This document shows, piece after piece, positions 12,301-25,249 of a stretch of 64,000 bases of DNA. The notes below the pieces were generated by a model. The model was given only the letters and a program-made list of their open reading frames with translations, was not told the DNA's origin and made no database searches. This stretch comes from Histomonas meleagridis 2922-C6/04-290x. Taxonomy: Eukaryota > Protista > Parabasalia. Where the stretch lies: positions 124,001 to 188,000 of the forward strand of contig JAANOX010000248.1 of assembly GCA_020184695.1 (NCBI GenBank). The letters are read 5' to 3'. How positions within the stretch are numbered: position 1 is the stretch's first letter; each line of letters begins with the position of its first letter. A program made the translations under genes and the position numbers.

Positions 12301-12894
12301 GTTAATTCCGAATTATATTCCAAGTTATTTATATTAAGTAATAAATTATTTAATATAAACGAAGCGGAAAATTTATTAATTTTCTTCTTGGATAATGATT
12401 TCGATATATTAAACTCTGAAATTGAAAATGTTTTCGATTTATTAATCGAATTAACTGAAGTTAAACCAAATTTAACATTAAAAGCTGGAAAAAAAGTTTT
12501 GAAATTGTTTCCACATTTAAATGATCAACAAAAATTAATATTTGTTGAGAAATTTAAAAATTCTTATGAAACTGAAACTGAACTTTGGAGAATTTATTTG
12601 GATCCAACTTCAGATAAATTCGACGAAAACTCCGCAATGATTTGCACGAAAGAAATCGTCAAATCTGTCGGTAAGAAATTGTCGGAATCTTTAACTGATG
12701 ATGAGTTAGCTAAAGAACTGACGTTTTTAAGAGATATTAAAACATATCCGAAAGCTTTCGGTGAGAGAAAAGAAGGAAATTATTGTCACGTGTTGTTTTT
12801 GTGCCAATATTTCGCCGATTTGATTTTGCACCCGAATACAGAAATTAAAAAAATTATTCGAGAAATTTTCTTGAAAATAGAAGACGCGAATTGA
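9385..12894 (+). CDS. Mon2/Sec7-family-like large HEAT/ARM scaffold protein
   Basis: Open frame of about 1170 aa. ETNISLSSFELIWNI and DQRVDVSTCSIKTFF resemble Mon2 motifs. Likely ATG is at 9385. Confidence 0.6.
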   Translation: MQFKYLDKLKNEFKRFTGFTIQDKIKNPSSKAVAYLSNDSICLPIEEKNCPVVKAFAKVSKNKKASRHLMPLISAMCLCLRSEVFTGDSLQEIIKTFESLSPYVDYDSGIIIIQFASTYVGDKFFDFPTLKCILSLTFSLIPSPVESLQTASLAAISQIISSFIKFTLESPTQTNDTDKCIVQNGAKPLEFKNSFYKITYLILRDISRMCNNNPPLWINNHDIKPYHAFGIMENIIQQFPSFFKESDNFMQLISDSLSASRNYSSPISFSILCMDTFLETIPDNCKSHFSYFLSQLKTIKGESNLDSLLFFRTLLLKRSSFIYRFFKNCDSDSRLFESLIQILRKINDKHSKKNNITLSLKPKIPDEKSFDLLYSAPIEISVCFIRECYNSISCPNIKILVNSIWSDILSIISTSMCTVHINSCYVLLQNLHLLINLSYELKIDEVRGASISAFCTTLLSEQEEIKRLSYDTISYAIQSSPEQFIGFWYRIFSSLAEFQWTPTSFEFVSNTSTENIIEMSIALISSQDGDKSTLSWSLTLLSDLLISNKERFNDIWGSIKEKYYKIFDYDFDIALNSFNHFAIKGFCKENEELICSIINELIIQFKESRNTLLETIRLLLIQNSTDFVNGWDSICKILSPINFNDDIENMNQSFSCFQNICNNLLFTLDKSIQCECIKLVFEFSKQNVETNISLSSFELIWNIVTIIKTSDLWLLIFNCFLNSFIDQRVDVSTCSIKTFFALIMSNISSLPNDIVEYLGKEFFFKIFDKLYETPNDLILQLTFNEISHCGCTLWNYFSNYKEFTNDLWSKLIELHSVFIRSCKIREIKVNSFLFYEELFQCFELKDHFYDKLFKSLEDLSDYLLENENPRSVLFSTFGRLILVVLPIQKPIINKDILDKWIHIIGKLILEIKCDNFLPPTTHKTLDALLQLLPLSNELTFDIYSFIVSLVIKSKNVRLIEVAIDRLTEICNKVNSELYSKLFILSNKLFNINEAENLLIFFLDNDFDILNSEIENVFDLLIELTEVKPNLTLKAGKKVLKLFPHLNDQQKLIFVEKFKNSYETETELWRIYLDPTSDKFDENSAMICTKEIVKSVGKKLSESLTDDELAKELTFLRDIKTYPKAFGERKEGNYCHVLFLCQYFADLILHPNTEIKKIIREIFLKIEDAN

Positions 12895-13034
12895 ATTGAA
12901 TAAATTTTATATATTTGTTTTATTTTGTTTTTAATTTTGTTTTAAAGTGAACAAAATTTTTCGTTTGAATTTTCTGATTATTGCGGAGGCCGTTTAATGT
13001 TTGAAGTTTGAATTTTTTAAAGTGAAAGAATTGG

Positions 13035-15100
13035 ATGTCAACAATAATCGAAAATAATGATCATCCAACCTGCATTGAAACAGGTATAAAACTTGAACAA
13101 ACCATATTTAAATTAACTCAAGAAAATTTTGATTCTTCGATTGAACAAATTTTAGATTTGTTCGATTCAAATTTCCCATATACATATAATTTAATAATAT
13201 GTTATTTAGTTTATTCAGCATTTTGCTCAAGAAAAAATTCGGATGATTTATATTTAGATTACTTGGAAGTGATTCAACAAAAAGAAGAAGAAATTAATAA
13301 AAATAATTCGAATATTGTTAAAATATTCGGAAACCATATGACAAAAATGAATACACAAGAATCATATTATTTAATTGATAAAATGATTGAACGAAATTTA
13401 ATTAATTCAAATATAATATCAAATATCAACTCAAAATATTTTTCACATTATCGAACAGAATTAGAAAATAGAAAAGATCAAATAGTAAACAGCCCATTGG
13501 ATTTATCTTTTTTTAATGATTACAAAGAACTTTCAAAGAACAATTGGGAACTTCATAAGAAATATATTAAAGAAGGACATAATCCAAATGAAATTGCAAA
13601 AATAATTCGAAATGATGAAATCGAAAAACTTCAAGAAATATCATCACAACCAAATTTTGATTTCAATCAAACTATTGAACCATCACTTTATGAAAGATGT
13701 TCATTTGTTAATCAAGAAAATGTTTCATTAATTGATTATGCAGCATTTTTTGGATCAATTAAATGCTTTAAATTTTTACTTTTAAATAAATCTAATATCG
13801 TAAATACAGGCAAATATGCAATTGCAGGTGGAAATCTTGAAATTGTTCATTTATGCCAACAAAATCATGTAACATTTGAAAATGGATATAAAATAGCAAT
13901 TGAATTTCATCAAAATGATATCTTTAAATATATCCATGAAAATAAATTAGAAAAATTGGATGAAAATAAAAAAGATTTTAATAATTTGGCACGCTTTTGT
14001 ATCTCCAAAACAAATTTTGAAATTTTTTCATTTTTAAATAAGGAAGAAGGAATTGAAATTAATGATGCAATTATTAATGAAGCAGCAAAAGTTGGAAATT
14101 TATATCTAATAAAACGATTTCTCCAAAAAATCCAAACTCCGAAAAATATTTTGTTTTTAGCTTTAGGATCAGAAAATGATGAACTCGTTAAATATTTTAT
14201 TGAGGAAAAAGGAATTAATGTTAATTGTAAAAACATTTATTTATTTTATTCGATGTTTATCTTAATGATTGGATATTTTAAATCAATATTTGGAAATTAA
14301 CTAAATTATTTGTAACAGCACTTATATTTTCATCTATAAATGGTTATACAGAAATTGTTAAATTCCTACTTAAACAAGAAGGAATTGATGTTAATGCTAA
14401 AGATATTTATTTGTTTTATTTAATATTTGTTTTAATAATTTAGAATTTCAAAATAATATTTGGTAATTATATAAAATATTTGAAACAGCACTTCTTTATG
14501 CATCAAAGCAAGGATATACAGAAATAGTTAAATTACTCATTGATCAAAAAGAAATTAACATCAATGTTAAAGCTTATATTTATTTCTTTTATTATATATT
14601 TATTATAATAATTTGGCTTTAAAATATAATATTTGGAAATTATTTAATTTATTTAACACACCGCTTATAAATGCATCTATACGAGGTTACACAGAAATTG
14701 TTAAATTACTTCTTGAACAAAATAGAATTGATATTAATACTAGATATGTTCATTTATTTTATGTTATGATATTATAAAATGATATTTGGAAATTTTTAGA
14801 AATATTTAAAACACCGCTCATATTTGCATCTTCTTTTGGATATATAGAAATAGTTAAATTACTTATTGATCAAAAGGGAATTGATATTAATGCCAAAGAT
14901 ATGTTTATATCTTATTTATGATATGTTTTAATAATATGAATTTTCAAAATTACATTTGGAAATTATATAAAATATTTAAAACAGCACTTACATGTGCAGT
15001 TGAACATGGACATGACGAAATTGCTGAGTTGCTTCGTGAAAAAGGGGGAATTGACAGCAACAGTAAAGATGTTTTATTTTATTATATGAAAATTATATAA
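13035..15100 (+). CDS. DUF3447-ankyrin locus B: intact 421-aa N-terminal ORF plus 5 spacer-separated ankyrin modules
   Basis: Module starts are at 14315, 14485, 14658, 14811 and 14981, with spacers of 80, 80, 83, 63 and 80 nt. A possible further 40-nt spacer at 15071-15110 would extend the locus to about 15173. Confidence 0.8.
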
Positions 15101-15336
15101 ATTATTTGAAGCTTCACATATGAAAAAATCTCAAAATAACATGGGAACAATTTTTATACCAAAATTGATATAAATAATTTATTTGAGTTGTTTGTAAATA
15201 AACAAACAAAAATATCTCTTTTATTTTCTTTATAAACAAAAATAATTTTCGAAAACAAATCAAAATTTTGATTATTCGTTTCATTACAATTTTACACAAT
15301 GATTCATTTTGAAAATGATCATATTAAAAACAAATA

Positions 15337-16845
15337 TTATTTTTTACTTAGATCTCCATTTTTTAGCTTATCAATTTTATCGTTTAACTCTCTAATTCTA
15401 CAAATCATATCCAAATGAATTGAATTTAAATGACTATGAAATTCTTCTTTTGTATTCTCGATCTGCATATCAATATGATTCATAATTAAAGAAAACAATT
15501 CTCTGTTTTGTGGTGAAAGTTTGGATAAATCAGGCTCTTCAAGTGAAGAATCTTCTTTTTCTGTGTATTCTTCGTTTCTGTTTATTTTTTGTATGTTTTC
15601 ATCTTTTGATGTTTTTTCTATTTTGCTATTAGAAATTGCTGAATATTCATTTTCTGGTTCTTTTCTTTTAATTATTTTATTTTTACTTGCTTCTTTTATA
15701 TCAGAAGACTCATTTTTTGTGATTTTTGTTTCTTCTTTTTGTTGGAATATTTCAATTTGATCATTTTTGATGATTTTTTCATTTTCAGAAAAAACACTGC
15801 GAACATAAATATTTTTAGACTTTGAAGGTGATGTTTGTGGAGAAGCAGGTTTGGATATTATATTTTGTTCAGGAGATTCTTCTTCTAAGTTCGCGAAAAC
15901 TTCTTTTTCAAGTCGATCGAACGATAGAGTATCGTCCGTATCGTCTCTTTCAATTGAGTTCTTCTTAAAAAATGGAACATCATCGATTTCATGGGGCTGG
16001 AAGACAGCTGCTCTGACAAACGATTTGGGATGAACAGTGAATATTTTCTCCATGTTCCTGCAATCAAACGCGAAAAGTTCTGGTGATTTAGTTCCAACAG
16101 CAAGAATAATACCATCATACTTCATGTCTAAAGCTGTAATTGGATACTTATAATTAAGCTCACTTATGGTTTTCATTGTTGTCGTGTCTATAAATTTGAT
16201 ATCTCCTGATTCAGTTCCAATAATCATCAACTTTGAAGATGTAGGAGAAAAGCATATTTTGTTTGTTTTCCCTACTCTGATTGGATTCGATGGACATTGA
16301 GCTTTGAAGTCATACAAACGAACAGTTTCACCACATGCAATTCCCATTATGTTAGAATTAAGTGAAACTGATAAATGATGAATAGCTCCATATCTTGAGG
16401 TCCATTTTGGAAGTAACGTTGGTTTGCCAAAAGATGCAATACTAATTTTTCCTTTTAAATCTCCTCCAAGAATTGATTGACAATCAGGTGAAAATATAAC
16501 AGACGAAATTGGAAATTTATGAGCACTGTGCCCAGAAATTTCTTCATGTGATTCCATTGAGTAAACAGAAATTGTTCCTATTTTATTTCCGCATGCAAAC
16601 ATTGATCCATCTGAACTACAATTAACAGATGTTACATCGGAACCTTTAGTTTTAACAAATTTAAGCTCGTCCTTGTATAAATTTGAAATAAATAAATTTG
16701 ATGAATTTCCGCCAATTAAAATAGATTTACCATCATTTGTAAATTTAACATCATTAATTTGTTTGAGGGGAACCCCTATAGAATGTGTTAATGTATAAGA
16801 TGGTGGTTCCCATATATTAATTGTTGAATCACCTGAAATGAGCAT
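15337..16845 (-). CDS. WD40-repeat protein with C-terminal coiled coil, NEDD1/GCP-WD-like
   Basis: N-terminal WD repeats, a charged linker, and a C-terminal EEFHSHLNSIHLDMICRIREL helix resembling the NEDD1 tail. Confidence 0.6.
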   Translation of the reverse strand: MLISGDSTINIWEPPSYTLTHSIGVPLKQINDVKFTNDGKSILIGGNSSNLFISNLYKDELKFVKTKGSDVTSVNCSSDGSMFACGNKIGTISVYSMESHEEISGHSAHKFPISSVIFSPDCQSILGGDLKGKISIASFGKPTLLPKWTSRYGAIHHLSVSLNSNIMGIACGETVRLYDFKAQCPSNPIRVGKTNKICFSPTSSKLMIIGTESGDIKFIDTTTMKTISELNYKYPITALDMKYDGIILAVGTKSPELFAFDCRNMEKIFTVHPKSFVRAAVFQPHEIDDVPFFKKNSIERDDTDDTLSFDRLEKEVFANLEEESPEQNIISKPASPQTSPSKSKNIYVRSVFSENEKIIKNDQIEIFQQKEETKITKNESSDIKEASKNKIIKRKEPENEYSAISNSKIEKTSKDENIQKINRNEEYTEKEDSSLEEPDLSKLSPQNRELFSLIMNHIDMQIENTKEEFHSHLNSIHLDMICRIRELNDKIDKLKNGDLSKK

Positions 16846-17166
16846 CGAGTAAATTTTTAAACGAACAATAATAAACGTTCGTTGTTCGTGAAGTGATTTA
16901 ACGTCTTTATAAAAAATTATAAACGTGAGATTATTTCCATAATAATTTTAGATTTTCTTGAATTAGGTATTCCTATCTCGTTTTGGATCCAAGCCAACAA
17001 GATATGTTTACTAAGTATGAATGATGTCATTCATGGTGAAATAAAGAGGAGACAATTTAACATTTATGTAATCCACAAAAAGTCGGAAATTCATCCATAA
17101 AATTAAATTCAATATAAATATTTATTACGTTGAAAGAACAAACAAAAAAGAGCAGCGGTGTTTAGT

Positions 17167-17673
17167 TCAGCAGTAATTAATGGCTTCAGAGGCCATACGA
17201 CGAACTTTGCGGATATACTGTTGTTTGTTGAACATGAAGTCACGATTAGCTTCAACGTTCAATGGTGATTCTGGATTTGGATCAGTAAGCATAGAAATAA
17301 CAGAAATAACAATTGAATCAACAGTATGAATCGGAAGCCAGCGTTCTGAACTCTTTTCATACTCATTAGGGTCATCACCTGGGTCATGAAGAATACTAAT
17401 ACAAACTTTACCTGTTTTAGCGTCAATGTTTGGATGCCACATTGGACAAAGGAATCGCATCTTGGGTGGCTTTAATGGGAAGTCATCTGGAAATTCAAGT
17501 TCTGCTGGAAGAATAGAACCTTCATAAGGTGAACTTGAAGGGCCGATAATAGTAACACGCCACTTAAAAAGATCATCATTAATAAGACCAGCACTAAAGT
17601 ATTGACATGGGTTTTCTTTGATGTCATGATACATCTTAGAAAGAATTCTTGCTGCTGCGTTTCTGTTCGCCAT
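17167..17673 (-). CDS. UBC7: Ubiquitin-conjugating enzyme E2, Ubc7/UBE2G type (intact copy)
   Basis: HPNI-x-CISILH active site, the acidic loop DPGDDPNEYEKSSERW diagnostic of Ubc7/Cdc34-type E2s, and ATG MANRN at 17673. Confidence 0.9.
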   Translation of the reverse strand: MANRNAAARILSKMYHDIKENPCQYFSAGLINDDLFKWRVTIIGPSSSPYEGSILPAELEFPDDFPLKPPKMRFLCPMWHPNIDAKTGKVCISILHDPGDDPNEYEKSSERWLPIHTVDSIVISVISMLTDPNPESPLNVEANRDFMFNKQQYIRKVRRMASEAINYC

Positions 17674-18057
17674 CAGAATGGTTATGGGCTTGCTCTTTCT
17701 AAAAAGTGGAAATATTTTTTTTTTTTTTGTATGAAGTGATAAACATGTAAACAATTCAAAAAAACAACACAAATTGGTCGGAAAGAAACTTTATAAAATG
17801 TGGACGACGCATTTAATGTTAATTATTATTCAGTTATCACCAAATTATTAGAAATGATGGAAAATATAATAAATAGTTTCGCCGTTGTAAATGAAAATCC
17901 AATAATTATAATCGATGAAGAAATGGATCTTAAATAAAAAGATAATGAGTATGATGTTTTTTTACGTAGAAAAGATTCAAGATATATACTGAGAGTAAAA
18001 TTTATAAATTGATTCCAAAAAATGGAAAACACAATTGAGAAAGATAGAATAAAACCA

Positions 18058-18827
18058 AACAGCAAATCCGTTCCTTCGCAGCTAACAACTTAAGGTTGGC
18101 GTTTCTGGCACCCTCTCATGTCACCAAAGTTTAAACTCGATGAATTAATAAGATATTAAATTTGTCTTAATACCATTTTGTAATAATAAAAATATTCATA
18201 TTAATGTCTTTCGTCAAATTTTTCTTTACTTAAAAAACTTTTTATATATTTAATATTTTTAAGGATCCTTCTGCAAAAATATTTTTATTTTTTCAAAGAT
18301 TATGTAGATACTTTTGGATTAACTTAATATATTGACATAAATCTTCTTAAATGATGATTGTTTAACTTTTTCATAGATAAATGTTCTGAAAATCAAATAA
18401 AGCTTACAAAAAATAAGATGGCAGAATCTAATTATCCATCCTGATTAACATTATATTTATTATATGACATAGAATACACCTAATGACATGAACAAAATTT
18501 TATAAATTTATTTTTATAAGAATGCTTTCAAATATAATATCAATATAACTTTAAATATTCATCATATTTTAATAAACCCTTCTGTAAAAAGTTTCAAATT
18601 ATTAATCTATAGTAAGATTATCCTATCAAAATCAGACAAATTTATTCTGTTGCTGTAATTTTCTTCATTCGCTGAAATAAAAATATAATCTGAGATTTCA
18701 AAAATTGAATGAAAAAGTAACAAATCCTCTGACAATGTGGCTATTAGGACGTAGGTTCAAAAAATTTCCTTGCTTCGATTGGTTTTGTTTGAACAGCAAA
18801 TCCGTTCCTTCGCAACTAACAACTTAA
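18058..18827 (+). repeat. Pair of 36-bp direct repeats (18058-18093 and 18792-18827), mirrored in the right arm
   Basis: AACAGCAAATCCGTTCCTTCGCA(G/A)CTAACAACTTAA, one mismatch between the copies. Confidence 0.85.
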
Positions 18828-19733
18828 ACTATAACTTTAAAAAGTTTAATCCAAATATATCGATCTCATTTGGTTGCTCAATCAGTTGTTCATATACGTA
18901 TATTGTGATTTTTATTAAATATTCACTAAATTCGAATTTAGCTTGTGCGACATTAAAGTATGCACTTGTCCAGAATCGACCAATGATGTTCATGCTATGT
19001 AAAATTAATGCACGGATGAAAATGTTTTTTGTCCCATTTTTAATAAACCTTAACACCCAATTTTCCCAAAAAAATAAAGCAATTGACTAGTTTACGGATA
19101 AAAAAATTGTGAGGTACGATTATACTCAACTGTAAAAGTAAATGTTTGAGCCGTATCGTTTGATTTATGCTGCGGATGTCTCTAGGATTTGCACAAAAAT
19201 TAGAACTGAATAATGAAACATGATTCTTTTCACTTACAATAATATTAAATGTAAAATTTAAAAAGATTTGAGAAAATATTTCAAATATCTTGAAATTAAT
19301 TTGATATTTATTTTATATTGGAACATAAACTATGTAACAACAACACAATGGTAAATGTAATGCATTCATTTCGGATTCATATAAAAGTATAAATTATTGC
19401 AATATTTAATTTCTTTTATTTTTTTTTTTTCTACATGAATGAAAATGAAACACCATGCAAAAAATTCTTATGTTTGTTTGATTTCACAAAAAAATTAAAA
19501 AAAATCTATCTCAAAATTATTATCGCATTAACCTTGGTTTCATTTTTTCTGCGATTTATCAATATAATTTCTTATGGAACAGAATATCACAGAGGTAGTT
19601 GTTAATCAAAAAATCTATTAAATTATTATCAAAAAATTCTTCTTTATTTTGGTAAATTTTATTATCAAAACATGCTTCATTTCCATTTTTTATTGAAAAT
19701 GAAGATTTGATGTTTGTAGAAGAAGACGCTGAA

Positions 19734-22056
19734 TTATAATTTTTTAAGAAGTAAATTTACTATTTCTGTATAACCTTTTTGCTGTGAAATTTGTATTGCA
19801 GTCAAATATTGTTAAAATATATTCCAAATTATTAAAATATATATTAAATTATTAAAACATATTCTAAATTATTCAAATGAATATTTTTTTCATTAACATC
19901 AATTCCCTCTTTATCTAAAAGTGATTTTACTATTTCTATATTATTATTTCTAACTGCTATATGAAGTGCTGTTTCAAATTATTAAAACATATTTCAAATT
20001 ATTAAAACATATTTCAAAATATTAAAACATATTCTAAATTATTCAAATGAATATTTTTTTCATTAACATCAATTCCTTTATCTAAAAGTAATTTTATTAT
20101 TTCTATATTATTATTTCTAACTGCTGTATGAAGTGCTGTTTCAAATTATTAAAACATATATAAAATTATTAAAACATATTCTAAATTATCAAAATGAATA
20201 TTTTTTGCATTAACATCAATTCCTTCTTTATCTAAAAGTAATTTTATTATTTCTATATTATTATTTCTAACTGCTATATGAAGTGCTGTTTCAAATTATG
20301 AAAACATATATAAAATTATTAAAACATATATAAAATTGTTAAAACATATTTTAAATTATCAAAATGAATATTTTTTGCATTAACATCAATTCCTTTATCT
20401 AAAAGTAATTTTACTATTTCTATATTATTATTTTTAACTGCTATATGAAGTGCTGTTTCAAATTATTAAAACATATTTCAAATTATTAAAACATATTACA
20501 AATTATTAAAACATATATAAAATTATTAAAACATATTTCAAAGAAAACATATATAAAATTATTAAAACATATCCAAAATTATTAAAACATATTTTAAATT
20601 ATCAAAATGAATATTTTTTGCATTAACATCAATTCCTTCTTTATCTAAAAGTAATTTTACTATTTCGATATTATTATTTTTAACTGCTATATGAAGTGCT
20701 GTTTCAAATTATTAAAACATATATAAAATTATTAAAACATATATAAAATTATTAAAACATATCCAAAATTATTAAAACATATTCCAAATTATTCAAATGA
20801 ATAGTTTTTGCATTAACATCAATTCCTTTTTGTTCCAAAACATATTTCACAAGTTCAACATTTCCTGATTTTGAAGCAAATAACAAAATGTTTTTTGGAA
20901 TTTGATTATTTTGAAGGAAATATTTAACGAGATATAAATTTCCATTCATTGCTGTTTCATTTATATTATCAACATTAAAATTCATTCCTTTTTCTACCAA
21001 AAATGTTAAAATTTCATAATTATCTTTTTTAACACAAAGACTCAACAAATAATTTGTTTTATCTTCATCCATTTTCGGCATTGATTGTATTTTTTCTAAT
21101 TTATTTTCATAAATATAATAAAAAATATCATTTTGATGAAATTCAATTGCTGTTTCATATGCACCTTCAAATGATGAATGATATTGTTCACATAAATGAA
21201 TGATTTCTTCATTTCCACCTGCAACTGCATATTTACCTGTGTTTTCTACTTTAGCATTATTCACAAGTAAATATTTAAAACATTTAACTGATCCAAAGAA
21301 TGCTGCATAATCAATTAATGTAACATTTTCTTGATTAATAAATGAACACCTTTCATAAAGTGATGGTTCAATTATCTGATTAAAATCAAAATTTGTTTGC
21401 GATGATATTTCTTGAAGGTTTTCTATTTCATCATTTCGAATTATTTTCGCAATTTCATTCGGATTATTTCCTTCTTTAATTAATTGCTTATGAAGTTCCC
21501 AATCATTCTTTGAAAGTTTTTTGTAATTATCCAAAAAGTATTTTTCTATTGGATCATTTCTATTATACTCAAATTCTGAATGGTTTTTGTTTTTTTTTTC
21601 TTCTTCTGTTTTATAATGAGCAAAATATTTTGAATGAATATTTTTGGTAATACTTTTATCAACCAAATTTTGTTCAATTAATTTCTCGATTAAATAATAT
21701 GATTCTTGTGTGCTGAATGTAGATATACGTTTGATAAAAATTGACATTAATTTCACTATATTTTGATTAATTTCTTCTTCTTTCGTTTGAAGTGTTTTTA
21801 AAAAATTTATGGAAATATCAAATGCTTGTTTTTGTGATGAAAATGCATTATAAACGATGTTACTTATAATAGTATTAAATGTACAAGGATAGTTTGAATC
21901 GAATAATTCCAATACTTTTTTAGAGGACGCCTTGAAGTTTTCTTCTGTTAAACTGAATATATTTTTCTCAAGCTCAATTAGAAATTTCAAGCAGATTGAT
22001 AAATAATTTAAATTTTTATTTCCTGTGTTTATGATATTAGTCACATTGTTCATCAT
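19734..22056 (-). CDS. DUF3447-ankyrin locus C: intact N-terminal ORF plus 6 modules separated by 20-nt-unit spacers
   Basis: Module starts are at 20702, 20456, 20289, 20139, 19972 and 19802, with spacers of 100, 156, 80, 60, 80 and 80 nt. The terminal module TAIQISQQKGYTEIVNLLLKKL ends at a TAA at 19734-19736. Confidence 0.8.
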
Positions 22057-25000
22057 TGGAAATTGAACAAAATGGGAAGGGTGCTCCAAACGATAAGAAC
22101 AGAAAAATAGAGAACAGGTGACAAAAAAAATATCCCCATTGATCCCTTAGAAAATTTAAATCTATAATATACATACAGAGGTACTCAAACTGAGGAAATA
22201 AACATATCCTGGTGAATTTTTTGTTTTTATTAGATCCTTATCAACACATGAATAAAAATCTGCTTTCAAATTGGGGAAAAAAATATCCGGATAATCGAAA
22301 TTTCGATATCGATTTTTTCCAAATATATATTTTTGGTGACCAATCTTGATTATTTTTGATGTAAATTATATTTTATAAATGGTAATTCATAAAATTAAAA
22401 GCATAATTTTTTTTTCATTCAATTTTTTGCATATTTTTCTCACTTTTTTCAAAAATCTTAGTAAAAAATTCTATGAAGTGACGGTGGTCTTTTTTTTCTA
22501 GCTATAATATTAATACATAATGAATATCAAATTATATATACATATATATATCGATAATTTTAATTATTTATCAAAATATTTATATTTTAAATATCAAAAA
22601 GTGCTCAAAAATCAGTTTTTCCGATTTTTTTCTTGTGTGATGATTTTAAATAAAAATTTTTTTAATTAAAGATGTTTCATTTTGTTTCACGAATATATTG
22701 CTTGAATTAAATTTCAATTTTTTGAATTAATAATTCAGAAATGATTTCAAAAGTAAATAAATCATAAATTTTAAATGTGTAAAATAATCTATGATCAATT
22801 TGCTTCCTTTTCACATATATGGTTTTTTTGTAATATAGTTTTTTGATTAAAAAAAATAAATTTTTAATTTTTTTAATAGAAAAATGGGTGCTTTTTCTCA
22901 TTTTTTTGATGATAAAAAAAAAATTGTGCAATAGTTTTTTAATAAGACCCGACTAACTATAAAGTTTAGGATTTATTTATAATCATACCTGTCTAAGGAT
23001 TTGAACTGCTGAATTTTTTTTTATGTGAATTCTTTTTGGGGTGTTTCCCATAAAGATAAATTGTATACTTTACAAAACGTCACCGAAAGCTTTTTGAAAC
23101 AAAATTTTACTTATTTGAATGCATTCAACTTAGTTGTTTCTTATTCAATTGAAATTATGATCTTAATTTGTAGAAGCAATGTTTAATTGCAATATAAATT
23201 TCAGCGAAAGAATTTTACTATTTGAAATCATTTTCTTCTTAATGTTTATATATTATGAATTTTTGAAGAAAACAAAATTAGACACAGGAATAAAACAAAG
23301 AAAAATGAAAAATATTGTTGCTCTAACACTTTATGATGAGAAATTATATATTCATTGTTGTAATACAATTCATTCATTTGTTACATTACTTTTAAAAAAT
23401 ATGAATGCCAAAAAAAGCTCAAATATATTTACGTCAAAAAATATCCCTCAATTAATGAAGAAGCAATAATTGATTCAAAGAAATTATTTGGAAATAAGTT
23501 ATTATTTAGGACTCTGAGGGATATTATTCTGAATATTATCAAATTCCATTTTCCAAAAGTGATACAAAAACAAAGCAAAATATGCTCGAACGGATCCAGA
23601 AATATTATGATAACATTAAAGAAACAATATCAGTGATATCAGTAACTTAAGAGATTTCAATAATTAAGTAGACACCCAAAAATTCAAATGAAAAAATATA
23701 AAAATGAACGAAGAAAAAATTACTTCACATTATTTTTTTCACTTCCCCAAAATTTCAATCATTCATAACAATTTATGCATAAAATATTTTTATTAAACAA
23801 TCACATTTTTTTAAATAACAAATCATATATTTTTATTTATAAATAAATAAAGACCACCGCCACTTCATATAAAAAGTTGCATTCGATTTATTATTGACTA
23901 AGTTGCTTTTTTCATATATTTTCACTTTTTCTCAAAATTTTTAATAAAAATGATAAAGGATAATAGTTTAGAAAACAAACACATCTAATATGCAACATTA
24001 CTATATAGGAAATAATCCAAAATTCCAGATAAGTATGGTCGAAATCAGATCGAATTTCGAAAGATTGTACAGTCGAAATTTAGAAACGAGGGTATTTTTG
24101 TAATCTCCTATCAATGTTATCCTTAACCTAAAATTATCGTCGAAAAAATATTGCAGGATTTTGAGTTTTAGTACCTCTTTACATACCATGTATAATTCAT
24201 ATAAATCAAAAACCATCTCTGCGTTTTTTGATATTTTAGTTTTTATTTTAATGTGGTTTATAATATTGTGTTTGAATAATTTATTTTAATTTTGAATCAG
24301 AAATAATGAAACAGCGAAATAGCAATTCTCAAAAGAGAATTAAAAACCCAAAACCACAATTAAACAAAATAAAAAAAAAAATTAGACATTTTTACTTTTA
24401 AATATATGAATTAAAAAAAAATATTAAAAAATGGACTCAATCAATTTGCTATTTTTTATAAAAGAATTTTCTTTATTTTTTCATCTGTTGATTATTTTAA
24501 TCAAGGAAGCTTGTTCGAATGGAGCCTGTGAATTAATATTTCATAGAAAAAAAATCAAATTTCACAAAATTCAGTGATAGATTTTTATTGGCCCCCTAAT
24601 GGATTCATTCGAGTTTGTATTTTATCCATTTGATTTTACTATTAATCGAATCCTCGAGGCAATTTTTTAAAAAAATGCAAAAACAATGATTTCAATGACG
24701 ATACGTATACACAAAACCTTTATCTCAGAATAATTATTGGGCATCAACTCAATAATTTCAGGAAAAAAAAATAGATTTAATATATAAAAATAATTTAAGT
24801 ATATATAGTATAAGCTTATGTATTTATTTTGTAAGAATATCATTTTTTAATTAATAGATATTTAAATTTTATCGAAAATTCAAAAAGATAAACACATTTC
24901 GAACTTTTCTCTGTAGTTTAAATGCATATATGGATATCCATTTTGCAGGTGAAGCAATAACAACATATTTACATAAAACATATCGTTTACACATCCCATC

Positions 25001-25249
25001 TCTACTTGAAAGTTCTTTTTCAAGTTTTGAGCGCATTGAATGAGAGACCGTTTGCTCAAAGTATGACCAAAATGAAAAGCAAAAATAACCGTTGCGCGCA
25101 CACAAAATTCACTAAACTTTAATCGTCATTTTTATTTTTGTGACATGTTTTCTTTCGCCCGTTTATTTGAATAAAAGTAAAAATCGGTTATTTGAATACT
25201 GTTCAAAGTTTGGCATTTTTTGAATTTTCAAAAAGAAAAATTGGAAATT

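Larger units (their letters stand above)
17145..21994. repeat. Left arm of a ~5-kb inverted segmental duplication (partner 35118-40592)
   Basis: The E2 gene, AT-rich intergenic DNA and ankyrin locus C match the reverse complement of 35118-40592 almost base for base, apart from indels. Confidence 0.9.

Noticed and set aside
18770-19090. ORFs at 18770-19090 and 18829-19056 and their mirrored copies at 38448-38816 and 38482-38709
   Set aside because: They recur only because of the inverted duplication; the composition is low-complexity and no domain is recognisable.
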